From contig CAZKRD010000001.1 in assembly GCA_964555185.1 (NCBI GenBank), positions 239,272 through 303,271 on the forward strand: DNA of 64,000 bases, in the 5' to 3' direction. The DNA is from an uncultured Candidatus Saccharibacteria bacterium (GTDB taxonomy: Bacteria; Patescibacteriota; JAQUNI01). Position numbers and translations under genes: made by a program. Positions 48,677-59,224 of the stretch are shown here, piece after piece (position 1 is the first letter of the stretch; the number at the start of each line of letters is the position of its first letter). The notes below the pieces were generated by a model. It was not told the DNA's origin. It saw nothing but the letters and a program-made list of their open reading frames with translations, and did no database searches.

Positions 48677-50632
48677 ATGATTCTGCCAATGCAAAAATTT
48701 AATATTGTAATTGAGAAGAATCAGAAGAAAAAGCTCCTTGCTTTTTTGCAGGCCAGAGGAGATGTGGAAGTTTCGGCAGTCAGCACAAAGAAAGAAGAAA
48801 AACCAGAGGAGCGTGGGACCGACCTAGCCCTCGCTGAACTTGATTTTGTTTTAGATTTATTCAAAGAGAAAACTAAGAAAGAGGAGGGCGGTATCTTGAG
48901 TAAGATCGGCAAGGCTATTTCCGGCCCTAAGGAGTTTTCTTTCCAAGATTTTGAGGAGAGGTGTCGAGGCTTTGATTACCATAAGCTAATTGGGCAAGCA
49001 AAAGATTTAGATAATGCCTTAATAGAGCTAGAAACAGAAGAAAGAGAACTCAAAGAAAATTTAGAGATTATAGCGCCTTGGATCTCTTTAGAGTTGGCGC
49101 CTCAAGAATTAGAAACCGAAAGCACGTTGTCAATTTTAGGCACAATCCTAGAGCGGGATTTGCTCCATTTGAAAAGGGTTGCGAACGGAGAGGTCAATGT
49201 CCGCAAGATCAAACAGGAAGCCAACCTTTATTTTATTGTTATTACTTATTTAAAGAGTAATCAGGAAAAGTTTTTAGTTGATTTAAACAACACGGGATTT
49301 ACATTACTTACACTTCCATGTTCTAAAAGTCCAGGAGTTGAGATTGTTAAAATTAAGAATAGATTAAAAGAAATCAAAAAAAGCAGAAAGAAAATATTAA
49401 AAGAGATGCAAGGAATGGCAAGGAATCAAGAAAGAGTAGAGATGCTTTATGATTATTTGGAAAATAAAAAAAAGGTTAAAGACGCAGGAGGCGCGGCCCA
49501 TGATACGGTTTATATGAGTCTGCTTGAGCTTTGGGCGCCGAAGGTTGTGTTTCGGAATTTAAGGAAAGTTCTCCCTCAAAAATTCCCGGGCATTTTTATT
49601 GAGAAGATAAAGAAGAAGAAAGGCGAGCGAGTGCCGGTCGTGATTCATAATAAAAAATACATGGAGCCTTTTGAGGCGGTAACCCGGATTTATGGTATGC
49701 CTAAAGCCGAAGAGCTCGACCCGACCCCTTATCTGTCTATCTTTTTTGCCGTGTTTTTTGGGATGTGTTTATCAGATGCAGGATACGGTTTGATTCTTCT
49801 GATTGTAAGTATTGTCAGTGTTAAGTTTTTAAAACTATCAAAGGACTTTAAGCGCCTTTTGAAGTTGATGATTTATTGCAGTGTGACCACGATCGCTGTT
49901 GGTGTCCTGTACGGCGCTTATTTCGGAATCGCACTTGCCGATCTTTCATCTTCGCCTCTTCGGGATCTACTCTTGCGCGCGCAAGTTATTGATCCGATCA
50001 AGAACCCTTTGCAAATTATGGGGATTGCTTTGATTTTCGGGTTTATCCAGTTTTGGTTTGCTAAGATGGTTAATGTGAAATATCTTTTGGGCAGAGGCAA
50101 AGTGAAGGACGCCCTTCTTGGAGATTTTATTTGGGTTTTGGCAATTGGGGCTTTGCTTTTCTTTGGATTAACTAAGGTTTTTTTCCCTTCTTTAGCTAAA
50201 GCGGGCTTGTACGTTCTTTTAGCAGCGGTTGGTCTTTTAGTGGTAACCCAAGGGCATAAGAAGAAGAATATTCTGCTCAAGTTTGCCACCGGTGTCCTAT
50301 CGCTCTATGATTTGGTCGGGATGCTTTCGGACATTCTGTCTTATTCGCGTCTCCTAGCCTTGGGTTTAACCACAAGCGTGATTGCTTTGGTCGTTAATGT
50401 GATTGCTTTGCTTGTGCGGGATATGATTCCTTATGCCGGTGTGGTCGCGATGGTTTTGGTGTTAATCGGCGGACATCTTTTCAATATCGGGATTAATATT
50501 TTAGGCGGCTTTATTCATTCTGCCCGTTTGCAGTATGTTGAATTCTTTCCGAAATTTTTAGAAGGCGGAGGGAGGATTTTTAAGCCGTTAAAGCGGGAAT
50601 ACAAGTTTACGAAAGTAAAGTCAGAGGCTTAG
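48677..50632 (+). CDS. atpI: A/V-type ATPase subunit I (a)
   Basis: DPTP, FFGMCLSDAGYG, DILSYSRLLAL, GH, RLQYVEFF. Confidence 0.95.
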   Translation: MILPMQKFNIVIEKNQKKKLLAFLQARGDVEVSAVSTKKEEKPEERGTDLALAELDFVLDLFKEKTKKEEGGILSKIGKAISGPKEFSFQDFEERCRGFDYHKLIGQAKDLDNALIELETEERELKENLEIIAPWISLELAPQELETESTLSILGTILERDLLHLKRVANGEVNVRKIKQEANLYFIVITYLKSNQEKFLVDLNNTGFTLLTLPCSKSPGVEIVKIKNRLKEIKKSRKKILKEMQGMARNQERVEMLYDYLENKKKVKDAGGAAHDTVYMSLLELWAPKVVFRNLRKVLPQKFPGIFIEKIKKKKGERVPVVIHNKKYMEPFEAVTRIYGMPKAEELDPTPYLSIFFAVFFGMCLSDAGYGLILLIVSIVSVKFLKLSKDFKRLLKLMIYCSVTTIAVGVLYGAYFGIALADLSSSPLRDLLLRAQVIDPIKNPLQIMGIALIFGFIQFWFAKMVNVKYLLGRGKVKDALLGDFIWVLAIGALLFFGLTKVFFPSLAKAGLYVLLAAVGLLVVTQGHKKKNILLKFATGVLSLYDLVGMLSDILSYSRLLALGLTTSVIALVVNVIALLVRDMIPYAGVVAMVLVLIGGHLFNIGINILGGFIHSARLQYVEFFPKFLEGGGRIFKPLKREYKFTKVKSEA

Positions 50633-50742
50633 AGCTTCAAGAAACCTTGTTATCTTAATCTTAATTTATATAATCCGGATCTCGCTTTGGGTGATTAATT
50701 GAAGCTAATTAATCACTTCAAAGTAAGATTTCGAAAATTATT

Positions 50743-51210
50743 ATGGGAGTAGCTCTCGCAATCTTGGGCGCGTCACTCGCAGTCGCCTTAGCGGGCATTG
50801 GTTCCGCGATTGGCGTCGGCATGACTGGTGAGGCCGGCTCAGGAGTAACTAGTGAAAAAAGTGAGATCTTCGGCAAGGTGCTTTTAATGCAGGCCCTGCC
50901 GGCAACACAAGGTATCTATGGTTTCTTGGGTGCTTTTTGGGTTTTGCTCAAAATTGGTCTCTTGGGAGGAGAGGTGGCGGCAGTCACGCCGCAGATTGGC
51001 TGGCAGATTATGCTTGCCTGCCTGCCCGTGGCTTTGGGCGGTTTGTTCTCCGCGATTTTCCAGGGCCGGGTATCAGTGGCTAGTCTGCATATGATTGCCA
51101 AAGATGAAGCTAATGCCGGTAAAGGCGTGATTATGTCCGCGATGGTTGAAACTTATGCTGTTTTGGGTTTGCTTGCGACCATTCTCTTAATCAACGGAAT
51201 CCAAGTTTAA
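50743..51210 (+). CDS. atpK: A/V-type ATPase subunit K (c), two-hairpin, Na+-type motif
   Basis: LPATQGIYG, SAIFQG and VETYA, as in Enterococcus hirae NtpK. Confidence 0.93.
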   Translation: MGVALAILGASLAVALAGIGSAIGVGMTGEAGSGVTSEKSEIFGKVLLMQALPATQGIYGFLGAFWVLLKIGLLGGEVAAVTPQIGWQIMLACLPVALGGLFSAIFQGRVSVASLHMIAKDEANAGKGVIMSAMVETYAVLGLLATILLINGIQV

Positions 51211-51288
51211 TTAAAATTCAAAGTGTTTGCCTGCCATTATGATATAGTGGCAGGGAAATTGATTTTTGCATTTTAATTTAATTCATTT

Positions 51289-51858
51289 ATGTCTTTAGCG
51301 GGCATTAAGGCAAAAATTTTAGATCAAGCCGAGAAAGAGAAAAAGAATATTTTAGAGGCAGTCAAGCTAGAAGCGCAAAAATTTGATCAGGAATCAGAAG
51401 AGAAAATCACTAAGATTCACGAGGAGTTTAATAAGGAAATAGAGAAGCTTAAGAGAGACCTAAGAGAACAAGCTAGAATCAGAGGAGAACTTCAAGCGCG
51501 CAATAATATTTTAAAGAAAAAACAGGCTCTCATTGATCAGGTTTTTGAAAAGGTTTTGCGAGATTTGAGTCAGCACTCAGAAGAGGAGCGCAAGAAATTA
51601 TTGCGTAAATTCTTGGAAGAGGCAGAAAAAGAGTTAGGGAGTGAAATGAATATTGTAGCTACTAAAAAAGATAGAGAGGCAATAAAAAGTTTAGCGAGGA
51701 AATATCGAGGAGTGAAATTATCTGTTAAGAACACTCAAGGCAGAGGCGGTTTTATTGCTGCGAATAAAGAGATTGAGCAAGATTATACCTTAGATAATAT
51801 TGTTTCAGAGAAACGAGAGGAATTAGAGAGCGAGATAGCCAAATTATTATTTAGCTAA
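51289..51858 (+). CDS. atpE: A/V-type ATPase subunit E
   Basis: MSL..I..KI...A coiled coil, GGFI, ends in LF; operon position. Confidence 0.85.
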   Translation: MSLAGIKAKILDQAEKEKKNILEAVKLEAQKFDQESEEKITKIHEEFNKEIEKLKRDLREQARIRGELQARNNILKKKQALIDQVFEKVLRDLSQHSEEERKKLLRKFLEEAEKELGSEMNIVATKKDREAIKSLARKYRGVKLSVKNTQGRGGFIAANKEIEQDYTLDNIVSEKREELESEIAKLLFS

Positions 51859-51884
51859 AGGATTATTTTTGATTTTTTAGATTT

Positions 51885-52856
51885 ATGTTAATTCAGAATA
51901 ATACTCAAAACGCTTATTTAGTCTCTCTGCTCAAGAGCTTGAAGACTGAATTTCTCGACAGCAATGATATTGAGAGAATGATTGGAGCGAAAGGGAGAGA
52001 TGAGGCTTTTAAGGTTTTAAATGACACTGCTTATGCTAAACATTTTGCTGAAAGCAAAGGGGCTCGAGATTTTGATTTGGTTTTAAATGAAAGTCTGCTT
52101 GAGGTGAAGAATCTAATCTTGAAGATTTTTTCTAAAAAAAAGAAATTAGACTTGTTATGGCTTAAGTATGATTTCTTAAACATCAAATCTTTGATTAAGG
52201 CGAAGCTAAGCAAAGAAGAACCAAGATTGAATAGTTTAGGAGGGATTGATCTTTCGGATTTGCGTAAAGTGATTTTAGAGGATGATAAAAAGAAATTACC
52301 CTATAATTTGAATGCTTTAATCGTTGAGGTTTTGGAGCAGTATAATAAGGAAGGGAATGCTCAAGATATTGATTTTCGCCTAGATCGAGCATACCTTAAC
52401 CTATTTATTCAAGAGATCAAAAAGGTTAAGTCAAAGGCTTTGGATGATTTTCTGCGGCGGGAGATTGATTTGTTTAATGTTAAGACCTATTTTCGTTTTC
52501 AAGATCAGGAATTAGAGCAGGAGGTTTTTATTCCGGATGGCTTAATCCCTTTGGAGAAGTTTAGAATTAAAGACGGAGACAAATTAATTGAGGCCATTAC
52601 TGATTTTCATGAACGTGCTCTATTAAAAAGTTTAAAGAGCGGTGCGGAGAAAGAGGGGGTTGCGTCTCTGGAGCGCGAGGCGCGGAAAATTCTTTTGGAC
52701 CTTGTATCTCAAATGGAAAGAAGGATTATGGGAGTTGAGCCTGTTTTTGCTTTTTGGCAGGCTAAGGTTTTAGAAACAAAATTAATTCATCGGATTTTAA
52801 CTTTAAAGAATGCGGGCGTGGAACCCGCGGAGATTCATCGATTAACAGGGTATTAG
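51885..52856 (+). CDS. atpC: A/V-type ATPase subunit C
   Basis: LNDTAY, YDFLNIK, IDFRLDRAY, IDLFN; operon position. Confidence 0.85.
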   Translation: MLIQNNTQNAYLVSLLKSLKTEFLDSNDIERMIGAKGRDEAFKVLNDTAYAKHFAESKGARDFDLVLNESLLEVKNLILKIFSKKKKLDLLWLKYDFLNIKSLIKAKLSKEEPRLNSLGGIDLSDLRKVILEDDKKKLPYNLNALIVEVLEQYNKEGNAQDIDFRLDRAYLNLFIQEIKKVKSKALDDFLRREIDLFNVKTYFRFQDQELEQEVFIPDGLIPLEKFRIKDGDKLIEAITDFHERALLKSLKSGAEKEGVASLEREARKILLDLVSQMERRIMGVEPVFAFWQAKVLETKLIHRILTLKNAGVEPAEIHRLTGY

Positions 52857-52873
52857 GACATGAATAATGAATC

Positions 52874-53185
52874 ATGAATATTGCAATTATCGGTAAAAAA
52901 GAAGTAGTGATCGGCTTTCAGGCCTTAGGCTTGAAGGTTTATCCGGTAAGTAAAGCATCCGAGGCCGAAGAAAAGCTCCTCGAGATTTGCGAGGGTGATT
53001 TTGCGATCGTTTTTATCACCGAGTCTATTGCCCAGGAGATTTATAGTACAATTTCAGATATCTCTGAGAAAACCTTTCCAGCCGTAACAATTATTCCAGA
53101 ACCCGTTGGCGCTTCTGGCTTTGCCTCAAAAGTAATCAAGGACGCGATGCTTAAAGCTGTGGGCACAGATGTAACCGCTCGTTAA
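52874..53185 (+). CDS. atpF: A/V-type ATPase subunit F
   Basis: IAIIG...VIGFQALG, VFITE, KAVG. Confidence 0.9.
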   Translation: MNIAIIGKKEVVIGFQALGLKVYPVSKASEAEEKLLEICEGDFAIVFITESIAQEIYSTISDISEKTFPAVTIIPEPVGASGFASKVIKDAMLKAVGTDVTAR

Positions 53186-53206
53186 TATTCTTTAATATTC
53201 ATCATT

Positions 53207-56200
53207 ATGCAAAAAAAACAAGCAAGACAAAAAATTGAAGGAATTATTACAAAAGTATCCGGTCCACTCGTTATCGCGGAAGATATTCCAGGGGCGCGGA
53301 TGTTTGATGTGGTGAGGGTCGGGGATAAGAAGCTAATCGGCGAGATCATTGGCTTGGATCAAAATCGAGCTTCGGTTCAGGTCTATGAAGATACAGCTGG
53401 CGTTGGCCCGGGCGAGAAGGTGGAGACTACAGGTGAGCCTTTATCTGTTGAGCTCGGTCCTGGGATTATGCGGTCAATTTATGATGGGATTCAAAGGCCC
53501 TTGAATTTAATCTTTAAAGAATCAGGTGCTTTTATTGCTCGCGGTATTGAGGTGCCCGGGATTGATCGAGATAAACAATGGGATTTTAAGCCAGTGGTTA
53601 AAAAGGGAGACCAGGTCGAAACCGGTGATATTTTAGGCACGGTCCAAGAGACTGAATTGATTGAACATAAGATAATGGTGCCCCCAGGGTTCTCCGGTAA
53701 GGTTTCAGAAATTTCTGCTGGTAAATTTAAGGTAGAAGATATTGTGGCCAAAATTGAAACCGAGAAGGGAGTGCAAGAAGTTACGATGCTCCAACGCTGG
53801 CCGATTCGAGTTCCCCGGCCGGTCAAAAAAAATCTACCTGCCAACACATTAATGGCATCAGGTCAACGGGTGCTTGATACCTTTTTTCCTTTAGCCCAAG
53901 GCGGCACAGCTTCGATACCCGGACCCTTCGGTTCAGGCAAGTGTGTGGTCGGCAGCACCCCCATTCTTTTAGCAAATGGTAGAATTATTTCCCTCAAGCG
54001 AGTTTTTCAAGAAGGGGAACAAAAGGGAAAGTTATTGACAAAAAATTCTAGAGAGGAAGCATACAATATCAAGGAACTTAGTAATCCCAAAGTAATTTCT
54101 TTAGATAAAAGAGGGTTTAAAGTTAAGGATCCAATTACGGTTTATAAAGGCAAGACAGATTCAACTATTAAAATTAGCACGCGGACGGGCAAAAGCATTG
54201 AATTGACTCCGATACATAAACTATTAGTTTTAGATAAGGGAAGCGTGAAACAAAAGCAAGCGCATCGATTGAAAAAAGGAGATTATTTGATTTCACCGCG
54301 ACGAGTTTCTCTAAAATTAAAAGATCAGAAGATTAAAGTTTTTGATTTATTGTCTAAGACTTCTTTATTCTCTTGTGATCGAGACTATAATAAAGAAGCA
54401 AGACCGTTACTTAAAAGATTTATTAAAAGTGATAAAAGGTACAAGATATGGGAACAGTATTTAAAGAGCTCCAGAAACATTCCTTTGCGGGTTTTAACGA
54501 AATTAAAAGCATGTGGATTAAGGGGTAATCCGAAAGAAATATGTTCTTACCATGGCAAGAAGATTTTAATTCCTGCAAAAATGAATTCAGAATTTGCGGA
54601 ATTTATTGGTTATTTATTAGCAGATGGAAATTTAAAGAAAAGTAGTTATTCTTTAAGATTTTATAATGCGGACAGGAAAGTTTTAGATAGATTCGTTTAT
54701 CTTGGGAAAAAATTGTTTGGTTTGAAGCCGTATCTTTATTCTCATCCACAAGGAAATCTTTGGATTGCGCAAATTGACTGTAAGGCTTTATTTGACCTTT
54801 TGGTGAGTTTTGGTTTTCCCACTTATAGGAAATCAAGAAATGCCTTTATCCCGGAAGTAGTTTTAATGTCTAGTGATCGTGGGTTGGCCCAATTTATCGG
54901 TGCTTATATTGCTTGTGACGGAAGTATTGACGTAAAGGGAGGAAGGATTGAAATAAATTCTGCTAGTCGACGGTCGCTAGAGGAAATAAGCTTTGTTTTG
55001 TTGCGGCTGGGAATCGTTTCTTCTTTAGAGAAGAAGAGAAAAGATGGTACTTCTAGATTGTGGATTAACTCGGCCGCTGAAATCAAGAAACTAAGTAGAT
55101 TAATTAAGATTTACGGCACAAAAGAGAAACTATTACTAAAGGCGGCAAAACGGAAAAGTTATTCTAATATTGATGCTATTGACATTCCTTTTTGGATACA
55201 GGAGATTTTACGGCCTCTAGTGAACACTTTAAGAAAGAAGGGGCATTTTATTGCTTCTTATGCTTACGGTAATCAAAAAATAGGTATTCTCACTTTTCAG
55301 AATTTAATTCGGAAATTGGGCAAAATTAGAAAAATTCCTTCAAGGTTGCACGCTTTTTATGAACTTACCCAAGAAGTGTTTTTTGATCAGATAAGCAAGA
55401 TTGAAGAAATAGATAGGAAAAAAGATGTATTTGATCTGGAGGTGCCACAAGTTAGAAATTTTGTAGGAGGACATGGCGCTTTATTATTACATAATACAGT
55501 GGTTCAGCATCAAATCGCTAAGTGGGCGGATGCGGAGATAATTATCTATTGTGCGTGCGGGGAACGAGGGAACGAGGTTACGGATGTGTTACAGGAATTT
55601 CCCGAGCTTTCTGATCCGAAAAGCGGCAAGAAGTTAATGGAAAGGACAATCATTATTGCCAATAGTTCCAATATGCCAGTGGCAGCAAGAGAGGCTTCGG
55701 TTTATACAGCGATTACTTTAGCAGAATACTATCGCGATATGGGCTATAAGGTTGCTTTGACTGCTGATTCTACTTCAAGATGGGCCGAGGCCCTGCGCGA
55801 AATGTCCGGACGGCTGGAAGAGATGCCGGGCGAAGAGGGTTATCCTGCTTATCTTGGCACTAGAACAGCCGCTTTTTATGAGCGTGCCGGCCGGGTCGAG
55901 TGTTTGGCTTCTGATAAGAGAATCGGATCACTGACTGTGATTGGCGCGGTTTCGCCGCCGGGCGGTGATTTCTCGGAGCCAGTAACCCAGAATACCCTGC
56001 GGGTGACTAAAGTCTTTTGGGCCTTGGATTCTGCCCTTGCTTACAAACGCCATTTTCCGGCAATCAACTGGCTGACCAGTTATTCTTTATATAATGAGAA
56101 CTTGAAAGAGTATTTTGAGAAAGAAGTAGCGCCGGATTTTAACAAATACAGAATTAAAGCAATGGAGCTTTTACAGGAAGAGGCGAACTTGGAAGAGATT

Positions 56201-56521
56201 GTCCGTTTGGTTGGTTTTGACGCTCTGGGCCCCCGTGATCAGTTAATTTTGCGCACAGCGCGAATGATCCGCGAAGACTTTTTGCACCAGAATGCTTTTG
56301 ATGAAATTGATACTTATACTTCATTACCCAAACAGTATGGGATGTTAAAAATCATTATTGATTTTTACAACCTGGTTCGTTCAAAGATCAAAGAGATTGA
56401 TTTGAAAGAGTTATTTAAAAAAGAGATTATCGAAGACATTGCGAAGTTGAAGTTTGTCCCGGAAGATAAGGCAGAGGGAGAGTATAAAAAGGTTTGGGAG
56501 AAAGTAGAAAAGGCGATATAA
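53207..56521 (+). CDS. atpA: A/V-type ATPase catalytic subunit A (intein-containing)
   Basis: LSVELGPG, GPFGSGK|TVVQH, GERGNE, DSTSRWAEALRE; 586-aa extein after splicing. Confidence 0.96.
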   Translation: MQKKQARQKIEGIITKVSGPLVIAEDIPGARMFDVVRVGDKKLIGEIIGLDQNRASVQVYEDTAGVGPGEKVETTGEPLSVELGPGIMRSIYDGIQRPLNLIFKESGAFIARGIEVPGIDRDKQWDFKPVVKKGDQVETGDILGTVQETELIEHKIMVPPGFSGKVSEISAGKFKVEDIVAKIETEKGVQEVTMLQRWPIRVPRPVKKNLPANTLMASGQRVLDTFFPLAQGGTASIPGPFGSGKCVVGSTPILLANGRIISLKRVFQEGEQKGKLLTKNSREEAYNIKELSNPKVISLDKRGFKVKDPITVYKGKTDSTIKISTRTGKSIELTPIHKLLVLDKGSVKQKQAHRLKKGDYLISPRRVSLKLKDQKIKVFDLLSKTSLFSCDRDYNKEARPLLKRFIKSDKRYKIWEQYLKSSRNIPLRVLTKLKACGLRGNPKEICSYHGKKILIPAKMNSEFAEFIGYLLADGNLKKSSYSLRFYNADRKVLDRFVYLGKKLFGLKPYLYSHPQGNLWIAQIDCKALFDLLVSFGFPTYRKSRNAFIPEVVLMSSDRGLAQFIGAYIACDGSIDVKGGRIEINSASRRSLEEISFVLLRLGIVSSLEKKRKDGTSRLWINSAAEIKKLSRLIKIYGTKEKLLLKAAKRKSYSNIDAIDIPFWIQEILRPLVNTLRKKGHFIASYAYGNQKIGILTFQNLIRKLGKIRKIPSRLHAFYELTQEVFFDQISKIEEIDRKKDVFDLEVPQVRNFVGGHGALLLHNTVVQHQIAKWADAEIIIYCACGERGNEVTDVLQEFPELSDPKSGKKLMERTIIIANSSNMPVAAREASVYTAITLAEYYRDMGYKVALTADSTSRWAEALREMSGRLEEMPGEEGYPAYLGTRTAAFYERAGRVECLASDKRIGSLTVIGAVSPPGGDFSEPVTQNTLRVTKVFWALDSALAYKRHFPAINWLTSYSLYNENLKEYFEKEVAPDFNKYRIKAMELLQEEANLEEIVRLVGFDALGPRDQLILRTARMIREDFLHQNAFDEIDTYTSLPKQYGMLKIIIDFYNLVRSKIKEIDLKELFKKEIIEDIAKLKFVPEDKAEGEYKKVWEKVEKAI
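53942..55495 (+). mobile_element. 518-aa intein with LAGLIDADG homing endonuclease in the Walker A motif
   Basis: Starts CVVG, block B TPIHK, FIGYLLADG and FIGAYIACDG, block F VFDLEV, ends LLHN followed by Thr. Confidence 0.95.
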
Positions 56522-56580
56522 AAAAACCGCGTACTCTTAATTTAAACAGAAATGCGCGGTAAATCCCCTCTGGTTAGTAG

Positions 56581-57006
56581 CTAAATTTCACTGAAGCTTA
56601 CAAACTCAATGGTTGTAATATTGAGTTTTGAGAAGATTCTTTTCTTAATCAGGCGTTCAATATTTAGCTTCTTTCCTTTTCTTGTTCTTGATCCAATAAC
56701 CAGAGTAGGAAATTCACCATCTTCGGGATCAAAACCGTAGTGAATATAGCACAATAATACGGTTTTTGGCCAGAGATGTCCGATGAATGGTCTGGGTGCG
56801 ATTATGGAAACACAGAGAGTTGGTTGTTTTTCTTTGGCACCACAGCTTACAATACGAGCCCTAGTAAGATAACTTTTACCGGATACTAGATCAGCGTCTT
56901 CCCTTATCATTTTTAGTAGTTTTTCGTATTGTTCTATCTGGTCATCCCTTAGTTGATACTCGTATATTTTTCTTAACTTATCTGCTAATTCAGTTATTGC
57001 GGACAT
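56581..57006 (-). CDS. Hypothetical protein inserted antisense between atpA and atpB
   Basis: TTGACT-17-TATGAT (57107-57079), AGGAGG SD, minus-strand terminator at about 56521-56560. Confidence 0.7.
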   Translation of the reverse strand: MSAITELADKLRKIYEYQLRDDQIEQYEKLLKMIREDADLVSGKSYLTRARIVSCGAKEKQPTLCVSIIAPRPFIGHLWPKTVLLCYIHYGFDPEDGEFPTLVIGSRTRKGKKLNIERLIKKRIFSKLNITTIEFVSFSEI

Positions 57007-57183
57007 TATAACTTCCTCCTTTTTTGGCTTAGACCGAAAGGTTTAAATAGAAAGAACTTTGTTTTGAACCTGAATAATATCATAAATCTTATTCTTTGGT
57101 AAGTCAAATGAATAATGGAAAGGTCATATTGCGATGACAGTTTACGTTGCTATTTTTCGCTTTTCACTTTTAACTTTAAATCA

Positions 57184-58590
57184 ATGTACAAATCTTACAA
57201 AACTGTAAAAGAGATTGCCGGGCCTTTGATGTTTTTAGAGAACATTGAAGGGGTAAAATACGAGGAGCTGGTTGAAGTTAAGGCGCCGGGCAAGAAAAAA
57301 ATCTTAGGCAAGGTCTTAGAAGCGGGCAAGGATTTGACTTTGATCCAGCTTTTTGAGACGCCGCAGGGCGTGCCCAGGGCCGGTACTAAAGTAAAATTCT
57401 TGGGCCGTGCTTTACAATTGCCTGTTTCTCCGGATATCTTGGGCCGGGTTTTCTCTGGATCAGGCGAGCCCGTGGATCAAGGCCCGAAGATTATTCCAGA
57501 TAAGAAACTGGATATTAACGGCGAACCCTTAAATCCTTTTGCCCGCGCTTATCCTGATGAGTTTATTCAAACCGGAGTTTCCACGATTGATGGGATGAAT
57601 ACTTTGGTCCGCGGTCAGAAACTGCCGATTTTCTCTGGCGCTGGTTTGCCTCATGCGAGGTTAGCTGCGCAAATCGCGCGTCAGGCCAAGATGCGCTGGG
57701 ATTTGCGGGAGACAAAAGAGCAGGGCAAGGAAACTAAATTCGCGGTTGTTTTTGTCGCAATGGGGATTACTTTTGATGAAGCGAATTTTTTCCAAAATGA
57801 TTTTAAGAAAACTGGAGCGATTGAACGTTCAGTCCTTTTTATTAATCTTGCTAATGATCCGGTCGTGGAACGGATTGCGACTCCCAGGATGGCGTTAACC
57901 TGTGCTGAATATTTAGCTTTTGAAAGAGGTATGGATGTTTTGGTGATTATGTCGGATATGACTAACTATTGCGAGGCCTTGCGCGAGGTGTCCGCGGCAA
58001 GAAAAGAGATTCCAGGCCGCCGCGGCTACCCGGGTTATCTTTATACGGATTTGTCCACGATTTATGAGCGGGCCGGAAGGATCAAGGGCAAGCCCGGTTC
58101 GATCACGCAGATTCCCGTACTTTCAATGCCTGAAGACGATAAGACTCATCCAGTGCCAGATTTGACCGGCTATATTACTGAAGGACAGATTATGTTCGCG
58201 CGCGAGCTTCATCGCAAGGGTATTTTCCCGCCCGTGGATGTTTTGCCTTCCTTATCACGCTTAAAAGACAAAGGGATTGGCGAGGGCAAGACGCGCGAGG
58301 ATCATTCTGGAGTCCTCAATCAGCTTTTTGCTTCTTATGCCCGCGGCAAAGAGGTAGAGGAGCTAGCCGTTATTTTAGGTGAAGAGGCTTTGGACGAAAC
58401 CGATAAAAAATATTTGAAGTTTGCCGCCGAATTTGAAGACAAATTCGTTCGCCAGGATGAGTATGAGGATCGCGAGATTATTGAAACCTTGGATCTGGGT
58501 TGGCAATTATTGTCAATTTTACCAAAGTCGGAGTTGAAGAGAGTTAAAGAAGAACATATTGAGAAATACATGAAGAGCATTAAGAAGTAG
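57184..58590 (+). CDS. atpB: A/V-type ATPase subunit B
   Basis: [43 protein letters not shown]. Confidence 0.97.
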   Translation: MYKSYKTVKEIAGPLMFLENIEGVKYEELVEVKAPGKKKILGKVLEAGKDLTLIQLFETPQGVPRAGTKVKFLGRALQLPVSPDILGRVFSGSGEPVDQGPKIIPDKKLDINGEPLNPFARAYPDEFIQTGVSTIDGMNTLVRGQKLPIFSGAGLPHARLAAQIARQAKMRWDLRETKEQGKETKFAVVFVAMGITFDEANFFQNDFKKTGAIERSVLFINLANDPVVERIATPRMALTCAEYLAFERGMDVLVIMSDMTNYCEALREVSAARKEIPGRRGYPGYLYTDLSTIYERAGRIKGKPGSITQIPVLSMPEDDKTHPVPDLTGYITEGQIMFARELHRKGIFPPVDVLPSLSRLKDKGIGEGKTREDHSGVLNQLFASYARGKEVEELAVILGEEALDETDKKYLKFAAEFEDKFVRQDEYEDREIIETLDLGWQLLSILPKSELKRVKEEHIEKYMKSIKK

Positions 58591-58599
58591 CTAAGCCAT

Positions 58600-59223
58600 A
58601 TGAAGGTTAAAGTCAACGCGACTCGCATTGAGTTATTAAAATTAAAAAAGCGGCTTAAAGTCGCCAAGCGCGGACACAAGTTGTTAAAGGAAAAGCGTGA
58701 TGGTTTAATGAAAGACTTTATGACTATAATCCGCGAAGCCCAAGAGGCAAGAGTAGAAGTAGAAGATCTTTTGGGCGGAGCTTTTTTATCCAGCGCTTTG
58801 GCTGCCTCGGAGATGTCAGCGCAATCTTTGGAAGAATCTTTGATGCTGCCCCAGATGAAGACTGCTTTGAGAGTGAGTCGGAAAAATATTATGAACGTAA
58901 AAGTGCCGGTTTTTGATTTTGAGAAAGAGGGCGAGGCAACCTGTTATGGTTATTTAGATACGGTTGCCGAACTAGATACCAGTATTGAGAAATTTGATCA
59001 ATCTTTAGAGAAGATGATCCGTCTAGCCCAGATTGAGAAAGCAATCTTGATGCTCGCTTCTGAAATTGAAAAAACACGCCGTCGCGTTAATTCTTTAGAG
59101 TATATTTTAATTCCGGATTTAGAAGATACAATTACCGGAATTACCATGAAGCTTGATGAACAGGAGCGGGGGAATCTAACTCGCCTGATGAAGGTGAAAG
59201 ATATTATTGCTAAAACAGACTAA
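58600..59223 (+). CDS. atpD: A/V-type ATPase subunit D
   Basis: ATRIELL, RGHKLLKEKRD, IEKTRRRVNSLE. Confidence 0.95.
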   Translation: MKVKVNATRIELLKLKKRLKVAKRGHKLLKEKRDGLMKDFMTIIREAQEARVEVEDLLGGAFLSSALAASEMSAQSLEESLMLPQMKTALRVSRKNIMNVKVPVFDFEKEGEATCYGYLDTVAELDTSIEKFDQSLEKMIRLAQIEKAILMLASEIEKTRRRVNSLEYILIPDLEDTITGITMKLDEQERGNLTRLMKVKDIIAKTD

Positions 59224-59224
59224 A

